64,000 nucleotides of DNA from an uncultured delta proteobacterium (GCA_963696385.1 CAVOKF010000007.1:672001-736000), one strand, 5' to 3'. Shown: positions 9,482 through 20,864, counted from the first letter of the stretch. Program-made: numbers and translations. The notes: generated by a model not told the origin, from the letters alone.

Positions 9482-10939
9482 ATGAACGCTCGGGCGGTGA
9501 TGGTGCTTGGAACCACGAGCGGGGCGGGCAAGAGCTGGCTTTGTACGGCGCTCTGTCGGTGGTACGCGCGCCGGGGCTTCAAAGTCGCGCCGTTCAAGGC
9601 CCAGAACATGAGCAACAACGCCCGGGTTGTGGCTGGGCCGGGTGGTGCGATGGGAGAACTGGGTAGCGCCCAGTACTTCCAGGCATTGGCTGCTCGTGCA
9701 CCCCCTGACGTCAGGATGAACCCCGTGCTTGTCAAACCCGAGCACGATACGTCGAGCCAGGTCGTGGTGCTTGGCCAGGTGCGAGCGGATTTCGCGCAGG
9801 TCCCTTGGCGCGAGCGCAGCGAGTTGTTGTGGCCTTTCGCTCGCGAAGCGCTGCGCTCGCTTTTGAACGAAAACGAGGTCGTCGTGATCGAGGGCGCCGG
9901 CTCGCCGGCCGAGATCAATTTGCACGCCAGCGACTTCGTGAACATGCGCACGGCACGTGAGGCTCATGCAGCATGCCTGCTGGTGACGGACATCGATCGG
10001 GGAGGCGCCTTCGCGCACTTGTTTGGCACGCATCAATTGTTGCCTTTGCCTGAGCGCGCCCTGATCCGCGGCTTCGTGCTGAACAAGTTTCGCGGCGACG
10101 CGGCGCTGCTCGCATCCGGCCCGAAGGAGCTCGAGGACATGACGGGGGTGCCTACGCTCGCGGTCCTGCCCATGTGGCGCGGCCATGGCCTACCGGAAGA
10201 GGACGGTCTGTTCGACGAGTCCGCCAGCGGCGCTACCGGGACACGAATCGCGATCGTGGCCTATCCGCGCATGAGCAATCTCGACGAGTTTCAGTCGCTA
10301 AGGGACTGCCGGGGCATTGATCTACGATGGGCACGGACGCCGTCCGCACTCGCGGGGGCCGAGTGGATCGTGCTGCCTGGTTCGAAGCACACGAGCGGCG
10401 ACCTTGCCTGGCTGCGAGAACAAGGCCTCGACGCTCCGATCGTGGCCCATGCCGCCGCGGGCGGGCGCGTGATGGGTTTGTGCGGCGGCTTGCAGATGCT
10501 CGGAGGTGACATGGTCGATCCCGACGGGGTCGACGGCTCCGCACGCGGCCTTGGTCTCTTGGCGCTGCACACCCGGTTCGAGCCCACCAAGATGGTGCGC
10601 CGCACCGAGGCGCGCTTCAGCCGCTTGACCCACGGGTGGAACGCGCTCAGCGGTGTCTCATTCGATGGATACGAGATTCGCCACGGGCGGACCACCGTCG
10701 GTCCGGACGTCGTGCAGACTTCCGTCGCCCTTCGAAATGAAGACGGCGAGGCGATCGGATGGCAGCGGGGAAACGTCTTGGCGCTGTACTGCCACGGCCT
10801 CTTCGAATCTTCGGACGTGATGCACGCCCTCTTCGGAGTCGCACCGCGCACTCTCGACGCGATCGTCGAAGGTCTGGCCGACTTCATCGACGTCCACTTC
10901 GAGTCCGGTTCGCTATCCCGCTTGATTCGCGGTTCGTAG
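9482..10939 (+). CDS. cobQ: Cobyric acid synthase
   Basis: GTTSGAGKS, PFKAQNMSNN, IEGAGSPAEINL, DIDRGG, GATase GLCGGLQMLG, HGLFE; SD AGGAG. Confidence 0.97.
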   Translation: MNARAVMVLGTTSGAGKSWLCTALCRWYARRGFKVAPFKAQNMSNNARVVAGPGGAMGELGSAQYFQALAARAPPDVRMNPVLVKPEHDTSSQVVVLGQVRADFAQVPWRERSELLWPFAREALRSLLNENEVVVIEGAGSPAEINLHASDFVNMRTAREAHAACLLVTDIDRGGAFAHLFGTHQLLPLPERALIRGFVLNKFRGDAALLASGPKELEDMTGVPTLAVLPMWRGHGLPEEDGLFDESASGATGTRIAIVAYPRMSNLDEFQSLRDCRGIDLRWARTPSALAGAEWIVLPGSKHTSGDLAWLREQGLDAPIVAHAAAGGRVMGLCGGLQMLGGDMVDPDGVDGSARGLGLLALHTRFEPTKMVRRTEARFSRLTHGWNALSGVSFDGYEIRHGRTTVGPDVVQTSVALRNEDGEAIGWQRGNVLALYCHGLFESSDVMHALFGVAPRTLDAIVEGLADFIDVHFESGSLSRLIRGS

Positions 10940-11101
10940 TCCGTATTGACGGGGCTTGGTAGCCTCCCCGCTCGGGACGCTCGTGGCGCGAGCGCGGGGG
11001 GAGCACTCTCTCATCGGGCGCGATCGCCGCCGCCGCCCCTGACGCCCAAGCTCGGTGGATCACGATGCGGTCGGGCTTCGTAAAAGGCGACGTGGAATGG
11101 A

Positions 11102-11129
11102 GTAGCACCTTTGCAAACGATCGTGCTAC
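11102..11129. promoter_or_regulatory. NikR-like 28-bp palindrome, copy 1
   Basis: GTAGCAC-CTTTGCAAACGATC-GTGCTAC, perfect arms, 30 nt before ATG 11160. Confidence 0.75.
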
Positions 11130-11159
11130 CAGCTCGGCCTCGAGAGGGTCGAGAAGGTC

Positions 11160-13699
11160 ATGGTTCGAGGCGGAAGCACTTGGACGGTGGTTGTCGTGTT
11201 GTCCCTGCTGGCGCCGGAAGCGGCGTATGGACAAGCGACACCTGCGGCCCCGCCACCTCCCGGTCCGGAGGCCATGACGCCTCCCGTGCTTCGCTCTCGC
11301 TCGCAGGCGGTGTACCCGCCCGATGCGCTGCGCAACGGCCTCGAGGGCACGGTGGGGATCGAGCTGTCGATCGACGAAAACGGCCTCGTGACCGAGGGGA
11401 GAGTGACGGCGCCCGCCGGTCATGGCTTCGACGAGGCCGCCGTCGCGGCCGCACGAACGTTCACGTTCGAGCCGGCACACAAGGGCGGCAGGGCGATCCC
11501 CTCGAAGGTCCAATTCGCCTACGAGTTTCACCTGCCCCCGAGCCCTACCCCCGCTTTCCCTGCGGCTGCCGTGACGGCACCTGCGCCGCCCGGACCGCTG
11601 CTGCCGACCTCGCCCCCGCTGCAGGTGGGACCGGACCAAACCACGTTGGTGATCGCACAGCAGCCCCTCGGGGCGCCCGGCCCTCGCAATTCCGCTTCCG
11701 AGTCCACGACCGGTCAGGCGGAACTGTCGCTTCATCCGATGTTTCGGGCAGAAGGAATGCTCGAGGTCGTCCCGGGGCTATTCTCGGTGCAGCACGCCGG
11801 CGGAGGCAAAGCGCAGCAGGACTTCGCGCGCGGATTCAACCTCGATCACGGCACGGACATGGCGTTCTTCGTCGATGACGTGCCCATCAACGCCGTGAGC
11901 CATGCCCACGGGCAAGGCTTCTCGGACCTGCACTTTCTCATTCCCGAGACGGTCGAGCGAGTCGACTCGACGAAGGGGACCTACGCGGCCAACGTCGGCG
12001 ACTTCGGAACCGCCGGCTCAGTCAACTTCCGCATGGCCGACCACACCCCCGAGAGCCTCGCCAAGCTCGAACTCGCCCCGTCGACCGGCCACGAGCGGTT
12101 CGTCGTCGTCGAGTCGCCGAACTTCGGAAACGAGTGGCGCGCGGTGGTGGCCGCGGAGGCGTTCCACGAAAACGGGCCCTTCATCCACCCCGAGGATTAC
12201 TTCCGACTCAACGCCTACGCGAAGGTGACGCGGGTGATCGACGATCACAGCGAGCTGTCGTTCATGGCCATGGCGTACGGCGGGTCGTGGAACATGTCCG
12301 GCGTTCTGCCGGCCCGTGCCGTGTGCGGCGAGGGCGACGGCACGCCACGGCAGCCCGCCTATTCCGGGTCGAACTGCATCAGTCGTTGGGACTCGGTCGA
12401 CCCCACGCAAGGCGGCGCGAGCCAGCGCGTCATGGCGTGGGCGCAGTACCGCTCTCGGTTCGATGCGCACTGGACACTCCAGGCCAATGCCACCTCGCTG
12501 CGTTCGAACCTCCAACTCTTCCCGAACGACGGCATCGCCGCGTCCTTTCAGCCCGACGGGATCCGATACGGATCGCAGATCGAGCAAGACGACACGCGAA
12601 CCGAATCGGGAGCCAACGTTACGCTCAACCACCGCGCCGTGGTCGGCGGCATGCCGATGTACACCACCCTTGGCGTGCAGATCCGCGACGACGACATCGA
12701 ATCGCAACTGCACCGCACCGAGGCGCGCCACCGGCTCGACGGCGTGGACGCCAAGATCCCCGGGCCGATCTACGACGGCCACATCAACGAAACGGAGCTC
12801 GGCGCCTACGTCGAAGAAGAAGTCGAGCCGGCTCCGTGGCTGCGATTGGTCCTCGGGCGCGGGAAGACCGAATTGACGCCGCCGTGAACAACGAGAGCCA
12901 AACGGCCGTCGATCAGGTCTCCGGCTACCAAGGCCAGGCCCAGCTCTCGCCGAAAGCGACCGCCGTCGTGACGCCGGTGGACGAGTGGGACCTCTTCGTC
13001 AACACGGGCCGCGGGTTTCACACAAACGACGCCCGCACACTGTTTCGAGGCCAGGCCACGACGCTCATGGCCTCGGCGATTGGATCGGAAGTCGGTACGA
13101 CGGTGCGTCCGGTGCCCGGGCTTGTGCTCTCGGCGATGGGGTTTCTCATCGATCTCACGTCGGAACTCACGATTGACGGCGACACGGCGTCCACCACGCC
13201 CTCGGGTCCCACGCGCCGTTACGGCTTCGAGACGACGGGGCGTTACAACTTCGACGATCGCCTGTACGCCGACGTCTCGTTTACAACCGCCCATTCCCGG
13301 TACACCGACCCAGCGGACGTGCAGGCCGGTACGGTCTATCTGCCCGACGCGCCCATCCGGACGTTCAGCGCAGGGGCGGGCATCCAGCAACCCGTGGGCC
13401 ATGGCGTCACTCTGATGGGGTCGGCGACCGTGCGATCGATGTCGCACCGCTACGGCGATTCCGGGCCCGCACCGCTCATCGAGACCGGCTGGACGGTCAT
13501 CAATGTCGGGGCGGGGGTGCGCTGGCGGCAGATCGAGATCGTGGCCGATCTGTTCAACGTCGCAGACGTGAAGTGGCGCGAGGGCCAGTTCGAGGTGGCC
13601 TCCCGGCTCCCGCTCGAAGGGACGAACCCGCGGCCTGGGATCAGCTTCACCCCCGGCATCCCGCGGACGCTCATGGTCCATGGCGCTGTGCATTGGTGA
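11160..13699 (+). CDS. TonB-C-domain-fused TonB-dependent receptor, His-rich plug (Ni/Co candidate); one frameshift at ~12856
   Basis: Signal peptide, YPPDALRNGLEGTV..FDEAAVAAA..FEPA TonB domain, plug QHAGGGKA..RGFNLDHGTD..SHAHGQG. Adding one G to GGG 12855-57 gives LVLGAREDRID and joins ORF 12134..13699, ending in aromatic W. Confidence 0.88.
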
Positions 13700-13713
13700 A
13701 CGGAGGTCCCCAC

Positions 13714-14358
13714 GTGAAGACGGCAATCGTGTCCCCCAACGGCATCGTCCGTGTCAGCGCCCTCGTCGGCTGCATGGCCTCTGCGGTTTCGTCGTCTGCC
13801 GATCCCGCGGGAGCGCCGAGCCCCTCGGCGACCGCAAGCCCCGCTGCGCCGACGATTCCAGCGGTCGTGGCTCCCGCACCCCAGTCCGGCTCGCCCGGCG
13901 CGGCTGCACCGTCCGCTTCCGCCGGACGGGAGGCGCCCCTCCTCGCGCCTGCGCCGTCGGCTCCTCCGCCTCCTGCATCTCCGGCCTTCGCGCCTCTCGC
14001 GCCGGCCGCGCCCACGGTCACGCGCGGCACCGTGGCGCTCGCATCCGCAGGCATCTCGCTGGCCGGAGCGGGAGCGGCCGTCGTATTCGGCGTGCTGGCC
14101 CTGCAGAGCAAGCGCGACTTCGACAGAAACCCCACGTACGCGAGCAGTGACAAGGGCAACAACGACGCGGCGTATGCCGACGGAAGCGCCGCCCTGGCCG
14201 TGGGTGCCGCGATGACGAGCCTCGTCCTGTGGCTCACACGGGATAGCGCCACCGTCGAGCCCGTCCCGAGCCCGCGCGCGAAGCACTCCGCGAAAGTCTC
14301 CCCGTCGCTCGTCGTCACGTCCCACGGCGGGAGCGCTGGCGCGCTCGTGCGCTTCTGA
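13714..14358 (+). CDS. Pro/Ala-rich exported/membrane protein
   Basis: GTG with SD GGAGG, Pro-rich linker, two hydrophobic segments, C-terminal GALVRF. Confidence 0.7.
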   Translation: MKTAIVSPNGIVRVSALVGCMASAVSSSADPAGAPSPSATASPAAPTIPAVVAPAPQSGSPGAAAPSASAGREAPLLAPAPSAPPPPASPAFAPLAPAAPTVTRGTVALASAGISLAGAGAAVVFGVLALQSKRDFDRNPTYASSDKGNNDAAYADGSAALAVGAAMTSLVLWLTRDSATVEPVPSPRAKHSAKVSPSLVVTSHGGSAGALVRF

Positions 14359-14708
14359 TGGGATCGGCGATGACATCGAGGTCGAAGACCATCCGGATCG
14401 TCGTTGGATGGGTCACGGTCGCCCTCGGAGCCCCCGGTTGCGAATATTTCGAGGAGCTCGACCGCGGGCTGGTGGATGGGGGCGGCGATTCGGCCTGCCC
14501 TATTTGCAGCGACGTCGACGAGGAGACAGACGGGGGAGAGTCGGACGCAACCGTCGATGCCGCCTCGATCGACGCGAACGCCTCGGACTCGAGCGTCGAC
14601 GCGTCCCCGGCGGACGCGACCCTCGATACCGCATCGGTCGACGCGCCCGGATCGAATGCCGACACGTCTCCATCCGACGCGATCCTCGGCGCGGAAGACA
14701 AGGAGTAG
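14358..14708 (+). CDS. Small acidic lipoprotein with CxxC and Asp-Ala-Ser repeats
   Basis: Lipobox APGC, CPIC, repeated DAS/DAT; stop/start overlap with upstream gene. Confidence 0.65.
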   Translation: MGSAMTSRSKTIRIVVGWVTVALGAPGCEYFEELDRGLVDGGGDSACPICSDVDEETDGGESDATVDAASIDANASDSSVDASPADATLDTASVDAPGSNADTSPSDAILGAEDKE

Positions 14709-14850
14709 TCCGTGACTTTGCGGGACGCAGGGTCGGGCATGCGGTCGGACTCGATGCCGTCGCGCTCGCCTCGAAGGACTTCGACGGGACGGCTCCGTGA
14801 CGAGGATGGGCCGAGGTGTTTTCGCGTGCTCGATGGCTTTCGCCGTCGCC

Positions 14851-15462
14851 CTACCCGATCCGTCCATCGGGGGGCGCATAAACGATTCGCATGAATTCCG
14901 CTCGATTCCGTGCCGCGCATTTCGCATAAATCTGGGTCACGTGCTGACGGATGGTCCGGGGACTGTTCCGCTCGATCTCCGCGATCTCGCGGCTCGTCCG
15001 ACCCTCGACAAGATGTCGAGCGACGACCGTCTCCTTGTCGGTCAAGTTGGCGCGTGCAAACGCCTGGTCGATCCGACGACGGACGTCGCCGGGCCGAGCA
15101 CGAACGCGGCCGATGACCTCGACCAGATCGGACGCTCGGAACGGTTTTTCGAGCAGATGTGCGGCTCCCTGGTTCAGGGCGATCTTGGCCTTCTCGAGAT
15201 CGGCATACGCGGTGATGACGATGATGGGTGCGCGGACTCCGACCCCGCGCAACTCGTTCATGAGAGTGAGCCCGCGCCGGTCGTTGCCTTCCATGACGAC
15301 GTCGGTGACAACGACGTCGACGGGGGCCAAAGCGGTGGCTCGCGCGAGCGCCTCATCGCCACCGCGGGCGACCCTGCAAGTGTATCCCGCACGCTCGATG
15401 GCCATCGCCAGCATCTCGCGCGTGTCGCGCTCGTCCTCCACGAGCAGGACCGTGACCTTCAC
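14851..15462 (-). CDS. Response regulator, receiver plus LuxR-type HTH
   Basis: VLLVEDE, VVTDVVM, ITAY, EKPF; LTDKE..GRTSREIAE..SPRTIRQHVTQIYAK; GTG start inferred. Confidence 0.9.
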   Translation of the reverse strand: MKVTVLLVEDERDTREMLAMAIERAGYTCRVARGGDEALARATALAPVDVVVTDVVMEGNDRRGLTLMNELRGVGVRAPIIVITAYADLEKAKIALNQGAAHLLEKPFRASDLVEVIGRVRARPGDVRRRIDQAFARANLTDKETVVARHLVEGRTSREIAEIERNSPRTIRQHVTQIYAKCAARNRAEFMRIVYAPPDGRIG

Positions 15463-15686
15463 GTCCCGCGCGCTCGACGCGTGAGGACGGGTCTTGCTCG
15501 CTGGATCCGTGAACGAACGAGACTGACCCCCGGCGATTGCAGTCGTAGCGGGCGTGTGCACGGGCAAGGCAATGTACGCGACCGCATGCGTCCGATCCAA
15601 CTCCCGGCGAACGCCCTGTCCGACACTGGGACATCCGACAAATGCCGGATACCCAGCGGAGTGACGGCCTCCTAAGGATACGCCCC

Positions 15687-16277
15687 ATGACAGCGATACA
15701 ACCGAGACGGGGCAGGTGGCACGCCACCCGGATCGGGCGCCGAATCGCCGCGGCGCCCGCGTGTCTCGGCGCCGCCTTGACCATGGCGAACTGCGGAAGT
15801 GGCAACAGCAGCGACAACCGCTGCACGCCGGGCGACGCCGACAGCACCTCCGGCGGGAACGCCCGCTTCGACGTAAACGTCAGTGACACCGGATTCTCGG
15901 TCGGCGGAGTGGACAGCGGCTCGACGGAGCCGAACATCACGACCGAGAATCTCGCGACCGTCACGCTGACGCTGACCAACGTGGGCACCCGGCCGCACGA
16001 CATGGTGATCGGGTGCTTGCCGAGCGGCCTGCCCGCCCAATGCCCACTGCAGGTCTCGTGCTTTCCCAACCCGGACGACGCGGGATCGACGCCGGGGTCC
16101 GTGACGCTCGTCCCGACCGTTCAACCGGGCGCGAGCGCAACGGTGACCTTCGTGACGCCGGTCGTCGAGGGCGCCTACCCGTTCATTTCGAACGAGCCGG
16201 GCGACGACACATCGTTGAACCCCGTCGACGACGGGGGCGTGACCGGCAGCCTCGCCGGCGAGTTTGTGTTGATGTGA
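15687..16277 (+). CDS. Cupredoxin-like lipoprotein with degenerate type-1 copper site
   Basis: Lipobox MANC; VTLTLTNVGTRPHDMVI..VQPGASATVTF..GAYPF cupredoxin pattern. Confidence 0.65.
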   Translation: MTAIQPRRGRWHATRIGRRIAAAPACLGAALTMANCGSGNSSDNRCTPGDADSTSGGNARFDVNVSDTGFSVGGVDSGSTEPNITTENLATVTLTLTNVGTRPHDMVIGCLPSGLPAQCPLQVSCFPNPDDAGSTPGSVTLVPTVQPGASATVTFVTPVVEGAYPFISNEPGDDTSLNPVDDGGVTGSLAGEFVLM

Positions 16278-18899
16278 CCGGGCGCGTTGGTGCTTCGGGC
16301 GCGAGCGCGGGGCGGCTCGGCCTGGCGCTATGTCTCGCCTCGTCCGTGGCGCGCGCCCAGATCGTGGCCGCGGAGCCCGCGGCGCCCATCGAGGTCGCGA
16401 TTCCCGCCGGCGCTGCCGCGGTCGAAGTCCAAGTGGTGCTGCAGCTTGTCGTGGACGTGTCGGGGCACGTGGAATCGGCGGTCGTGGTTTCGCACGTTCC
16501 GGCCGACGCCTCGCCGTCGTTCGATCGAGCCGCCCTCGACGCGGTGCACAATGCGCAGTTTCACCCTTCGACGCGCGACGGTCGCGCCGTGCGCTCTCGC
16601 GTGGAGTACGTCGTCGTGTTCCACCCGCCCGCTCCGGTGACGGCCTCTTCCGAACCGAGCACGCCCCTCGACGCGGGGGCCCCCGATCGGATCGACCGGC
16701 TCCTCGCCACCTGCCGTGCTCGCGGCCCCTGCCTCGTCGGTGCCGAAAGCTGCCGTGGCGGCGGCGAGCGCGCCCTTGTCGACCGCCGAGCAAGACGAAG
16801 ACACCGCGCAGGTCGTGCAAGTGCGCGGGATCGGTGGGTCGTCCCCGCGCGGACTCGGCGACATGCGGATCACTCGCGAGTTGCTCGAGGCGTCCCCCCG
16901 CCAGCAGACGAGCGAGATGCTTTCGGCGGCCCCAGGCTTTTTCGTGGACCACGAAGACGGCGAAGGTTTGGGCAACGACGTGTACCTGCGCGGCTTCGAC
17001 CTGGATCACGGCTCCGGGATTGAGATGCGCGTCGGCAACATCCCGATCAACAACCCCGTGCACGTTCAGGGCCAGGGCTACGCGGATGCCAACTTCATCA
17101 TTCCGGAGGTCGTCCGAAGCATCCGCGTGCTGGAAGGCCCGTTCGACCCTCGGCAGGGAGACGGCGCCATCGTCGGAAGCGCTTACTTCGACCTGGGCGT
17201 CGCCGATCGGCACAACGAGCTCAAGGCCACGTACGGCTCGTTCAACCAGGTGCGGATCGTTGGGGTCGCGGCGCCCCAAGGGGCCGACGACGAGACCTTC
17301 GCGGCGTTTGCCGTTCGCAACACGGACGGTTTCGGCGAAAACCGGGCATCGCAGTCGGCCACGATGAACGCTCAATACGGCTTTGACGCCGGCGCGCGCG
17401 ATCACATCCGACTGATCGCCACGGCGTACGGGGCGCGCTCCGCGCTGCCGGGAGTCGTGCGACTGTCGGACGTCGAAGCAGGCCTCATCGGTCTCTACGA
17501 CAGTTACCCGTACTACACGCAAGGACAAGGCGTGCAGGCTTCGCGTGTCAGTCTTGGTGCCGACTTCGACCACGTGGCTCCGAATGGGGCCCGCTTCGAA
17601 TTTGCGCCCTGGGCCATGTGGACGGATTTTCGAGCTCGCGAAAACTACAGCGGCAACATTTACAGCTCGCAGCTCGACCCGGAGCTCGCCGGCGGGATCG
17701 GCGATCTCTGGGAGACGACGAACGTCGAAACCGCTGCGGGGATCACCGCGCGCCTGCGCGCAGCCCCTTGGCACCTGGGATCGTGGCTCGAAGCCACCAC
17801 CGAGTCGGGGGTCACCGTGCGCGCGGGACATACCGATCAGACCAAGAGCTTGATCAGTCCAGAAACGTTGCAGCCGTGGGATCGCCGCCTCGACGCCGGG
17901 CTCGATACGCTCGACGCCGGCGCTTACGTCGACGTCGATCTGCACTTGTGGAGGCGCCTGCGCCTTTCCGGGGGAGTGCGCGCGGACTTGCTCACCGTGT
18001 CGGTGGACGATCGCCTCGGATACGACTATCCGCCCGGACAGGCTCCGGCGGGGGTCATTCCCGGCTCTGTGCGCGCCACGCAGGGGCTGGCGGCGGGCCC
18101 GCGCGTGACGGCCGCGTACGGCATCACGCCGGCGATTGAGCCGGTGGTGTCTTACGGCGAGGGTTTCCGCTCTCTCGACGCCACGGCCAACGTCGCCACG
18201 ACGGCAGGAGCCGCTGGGGCGGGCCCGAGCATTCAGGAGGGGGCCACGCCATACTCAAAGGTTCGGTCGGTCGAAGCGGGTTTGAGGCTCCATACGGCGA
18301 CGGAGCGCTACACCGCGACGCTCTCGCTATTCGAAACCTGGGTGGCCAACGAGATCGTGTTCGAAGCCACTTCGGGGGGCTTCACGACCGAGGGGCCCAG
18401 TGTTCGACGGGGTGTCGTCGGATCGGCCGTCGCGAAGCCGTTCGACTGGTTGCTCGCTTCGATGGCGGCATCGGTCACGTCGGGGACGTTCGATACGTTG
18501 GTTGCGGGAGTGGTCCACTACATTCCGCAGGTTCCGCCCCTGGTCCTGCGCGTCGATGTGACCGCACGCGGCACGTTGCTGGACATCGCCCATCGTCCGC
18601 TCACCGGACGCGTCGGCGTCGGGTACACCTATCTCGCGGGTCGGTACCTGACCGAAATCAACGACACCATCCGGGGACCGTCGAACAATGTCCTCAACGC
18701 GAACGCCTCGCTCCGCTATGGCTCGGTCGAAGTCGGTGTCGACGCCTTCAACGTGCTCCATCTGCGCTACGCCGACGACGAGGAGTATTACGTGTCCAAC
18801 TGGAGCGTCCATCCGGGCACACGCCTTGCGTCTTCGGCCATCCATGAGATGGCTGCGCCCCCATTGACGGTACTCGGCTTTCTGGCGTTGTACTTCTAG
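16274..18899 (+). CDS. TonB-C-domain-fused TonB-dependent receptor; one frameshift at ~16680
   Basis: GTGA overlap; TonB-like FDRAALDAV..FHPSTRDGRAV. Removing one base from the G5C5 run joins ORF 16716..18899; plug LRGFDLDHG..GQGYADANFIIPE; C-terminal F. Confidence 0.85.
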
Positions 18900-18952
18900 C
18901 TCCATCTCCACAGAGCACGGCGCGCAACACCGTAAACGAGATCGACGCTCCC

Positions 18953-19907
18953 ATGGCCCGCTCCGCGAAAACGCCTCCTTACGCGGTCGCCCTTCTGGGC
19001 GCCGCCGCGGGCATTGCCTACGTGGCCTTCGACGTCTTCTCGGAGGTCAGGATTGGGCACGGGACGTTGCGAGGTCCGCTCGCAGACGCTCATCGCGTCA
19101 TCGATCACACGCTGCCGGTCCTTGTCGGAGCGCTCCTCGGCGTCTGCATTCACTCCATCCGGATCCACGCTCGCCTAAGGACCGCCGAGGAAGCCGCGAG
19201 CCGCGCTGATGCTTTGAGAGGCCGGCTGCAGCGGGTGGAGCGAGACCAAGCCGTGTGGGTGCTTGCGGCCGCTGTGCTTCACGAGCTCAACAATCCGCTT
19301 CATGCACTCGTCCTTCTCCTGGACGAGGCGAGCGCGACTCGAACCGATGGGGCGCGCCGGAGCGAATTGGTCGAACGCGCGCGGGCGCAGGCCGACCGTG
19401 CCCTGTCTCGTCTGAGGACGCTTCGATCGATGCGCGCCGTGCGTGAGCCCGAATTCCAACCCATTGCGCTCGCTCAGCTGATCCGTTCGCTCGCCGACGA
19501 AGTCGGTTCGTTGGTGGCCGAAGAAGGGTTGGTGGTGCGCGTCGACTGCGATCGGGCTGTCCGCGCATACGCCGATCCCTCGTACGTCCGAGCCATCCTC
19601 GAGAACCTCGTTGACAATAGTCTCCACGCGCTACGCTGCAGGGGACACGGCTGCATCGCCATCCAGTTGGGCTCGGAGCGGCAGCGAGCGGTGATTCGGG
19701 TGTGCGACGACGGTCCTGCGCTCGATTCGGGGGTCCGGGCTTCTCTCTTCGAGCCATTGGGCACCGCCAAGGCGCAGGGCCTTGGCCTCGGCCTGCCCAT
19801 TGCGCGCGCCCTGGCCCGCGCCATGCGCGGCGATTCTCGTGTTCGAGGACGCATGCGGCAAGGCGTTTCGTCTGGAACTTCCGCTCGGCCAGGACCCGCG
19901 CGGATAG
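18953..19907 (+). CDS. Membrane sensor histidine kinase; frameshift at ~19834
   Basis: Two TM segments, HELNNPL, ENLVDNS, DDGP, GLGLGL. Deleting one T gives MRGDLVFED..FRLELPL and TAG at 19905-07. Confidence 0.88.
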
Positions 19908-20134
19908 GGAGAGCGCAGAGGCTGGGCCGGCGTGCGCACGAGTACGCGTCCACGGTCGCCATGGGACACGTCGAGGAGGGCCGCCTGGCGAAGGCGGGGC
20001 GCTTGCGAAGGCCGTGTCAGGACTGCGCCACGCGGCGAGCGCGAGCAAGGCTTGCGCCGCAACCGCTGCGAACGTCGCGCCACGCGGCGGGCGCGGCGGC
20101 GGCTTCGAAGGCGCGAAGACTCGGTCGCGCACCG

Positions 20135-20827
20135 TCACCATAGGCGAAACTCGACTGTCCATCGCATCCGGACTCGCACCGGACGGCCGCGTTGGATCGC
20201 GGGCGAGAACCGGTAGGAGCGAACTCCTTCCAACGCCGCCTGCTCGAGCCCGTATCCCGGATGCGACAGTGCGCGCGCCGACTCCACGACGCCGGCGGGC
20301 GAAATGACGATTTCCAGCGGCACGTCGGCCTCCACGCCCTTCTCGCGGGCCAGCTGCGGGTAGACGGGTGCCCCGCCTCGGGCCAGCCGGGCCGGCGTCG
20401 AGACCCCTTCTTCGGGCACCGCCTCCGTGTCATCGCCCGCTGCGTCGACGGAACGCGCAGTGCCCGAGGCCTCCGCGGCTGGCGATCCGATCGCGATCGT
20501 GAACGAAGGGATACCGACGTTCGCGATGGTCGCGGGCGAGCCCCGGGTCGTTTCCGTCGCGGACGCGACGCAAGCCACCTGCAAGCGGGCGGATCCGCGC
20601 GCCCGGAGGCCACCGACCGCCGTCGCGGCGCGACCCCCGGATTCGGCGGGCGCCGTGTCCGCCGGCGGCGGGTCGGGTGGCACTTCGTCGATCTCGACGT
20701 CGGCGGCCGGGTCGGCGAAAGCCAATCGCAGGGCCGGCCGCGGCGCGACCAGAAACACCCCAGCGTGCGCCGCGATGGACGCCGTCAGGAGCAGCGCGCG
20801 CGCCGCGGTGGAGCTCGGTGGGATCAC
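20135..20827 (-). CDS. tonB: Energy transducer TonB
   Basis: TM anchor with SIAAH (SHLS-type), Pro-rich linker, YPQLAREKGVEADV..FSPA..VEFRL; GTG start inferred. Confidence 0.88.
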   Translation of the reverse strand: MIPPSSTAARALLLTASIAAHAGVFLVAPRPALRLAFADPAADVEIDEVPPDPPPADTAPAESGGRAATAVGGLRARGSARLQVACVASATETTRGSPATIANVGIPSFTIAIGSPAAEASGTARSVDAAGDDTEAVPEEGVSTPARLARGGAPVYPQLAREKGVEADVPLEIVISPAGVVESARALSHPGYGLEQAALEGVRSYRFSPAIQRGRPVRVRMRWTVEFRLW

Positions 20828-20864
20828 GATGCGCTCGTTCTTCGTGAAGAAGACATGGCTTGAA

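Noticed and set aside
12855..12860. Programmed ribosomal frameshifting or phase variation in the receptors
   Set aside because: No slippery heptamer or long repeat tract; similar indels occur window-wide, including in housekeeping genes
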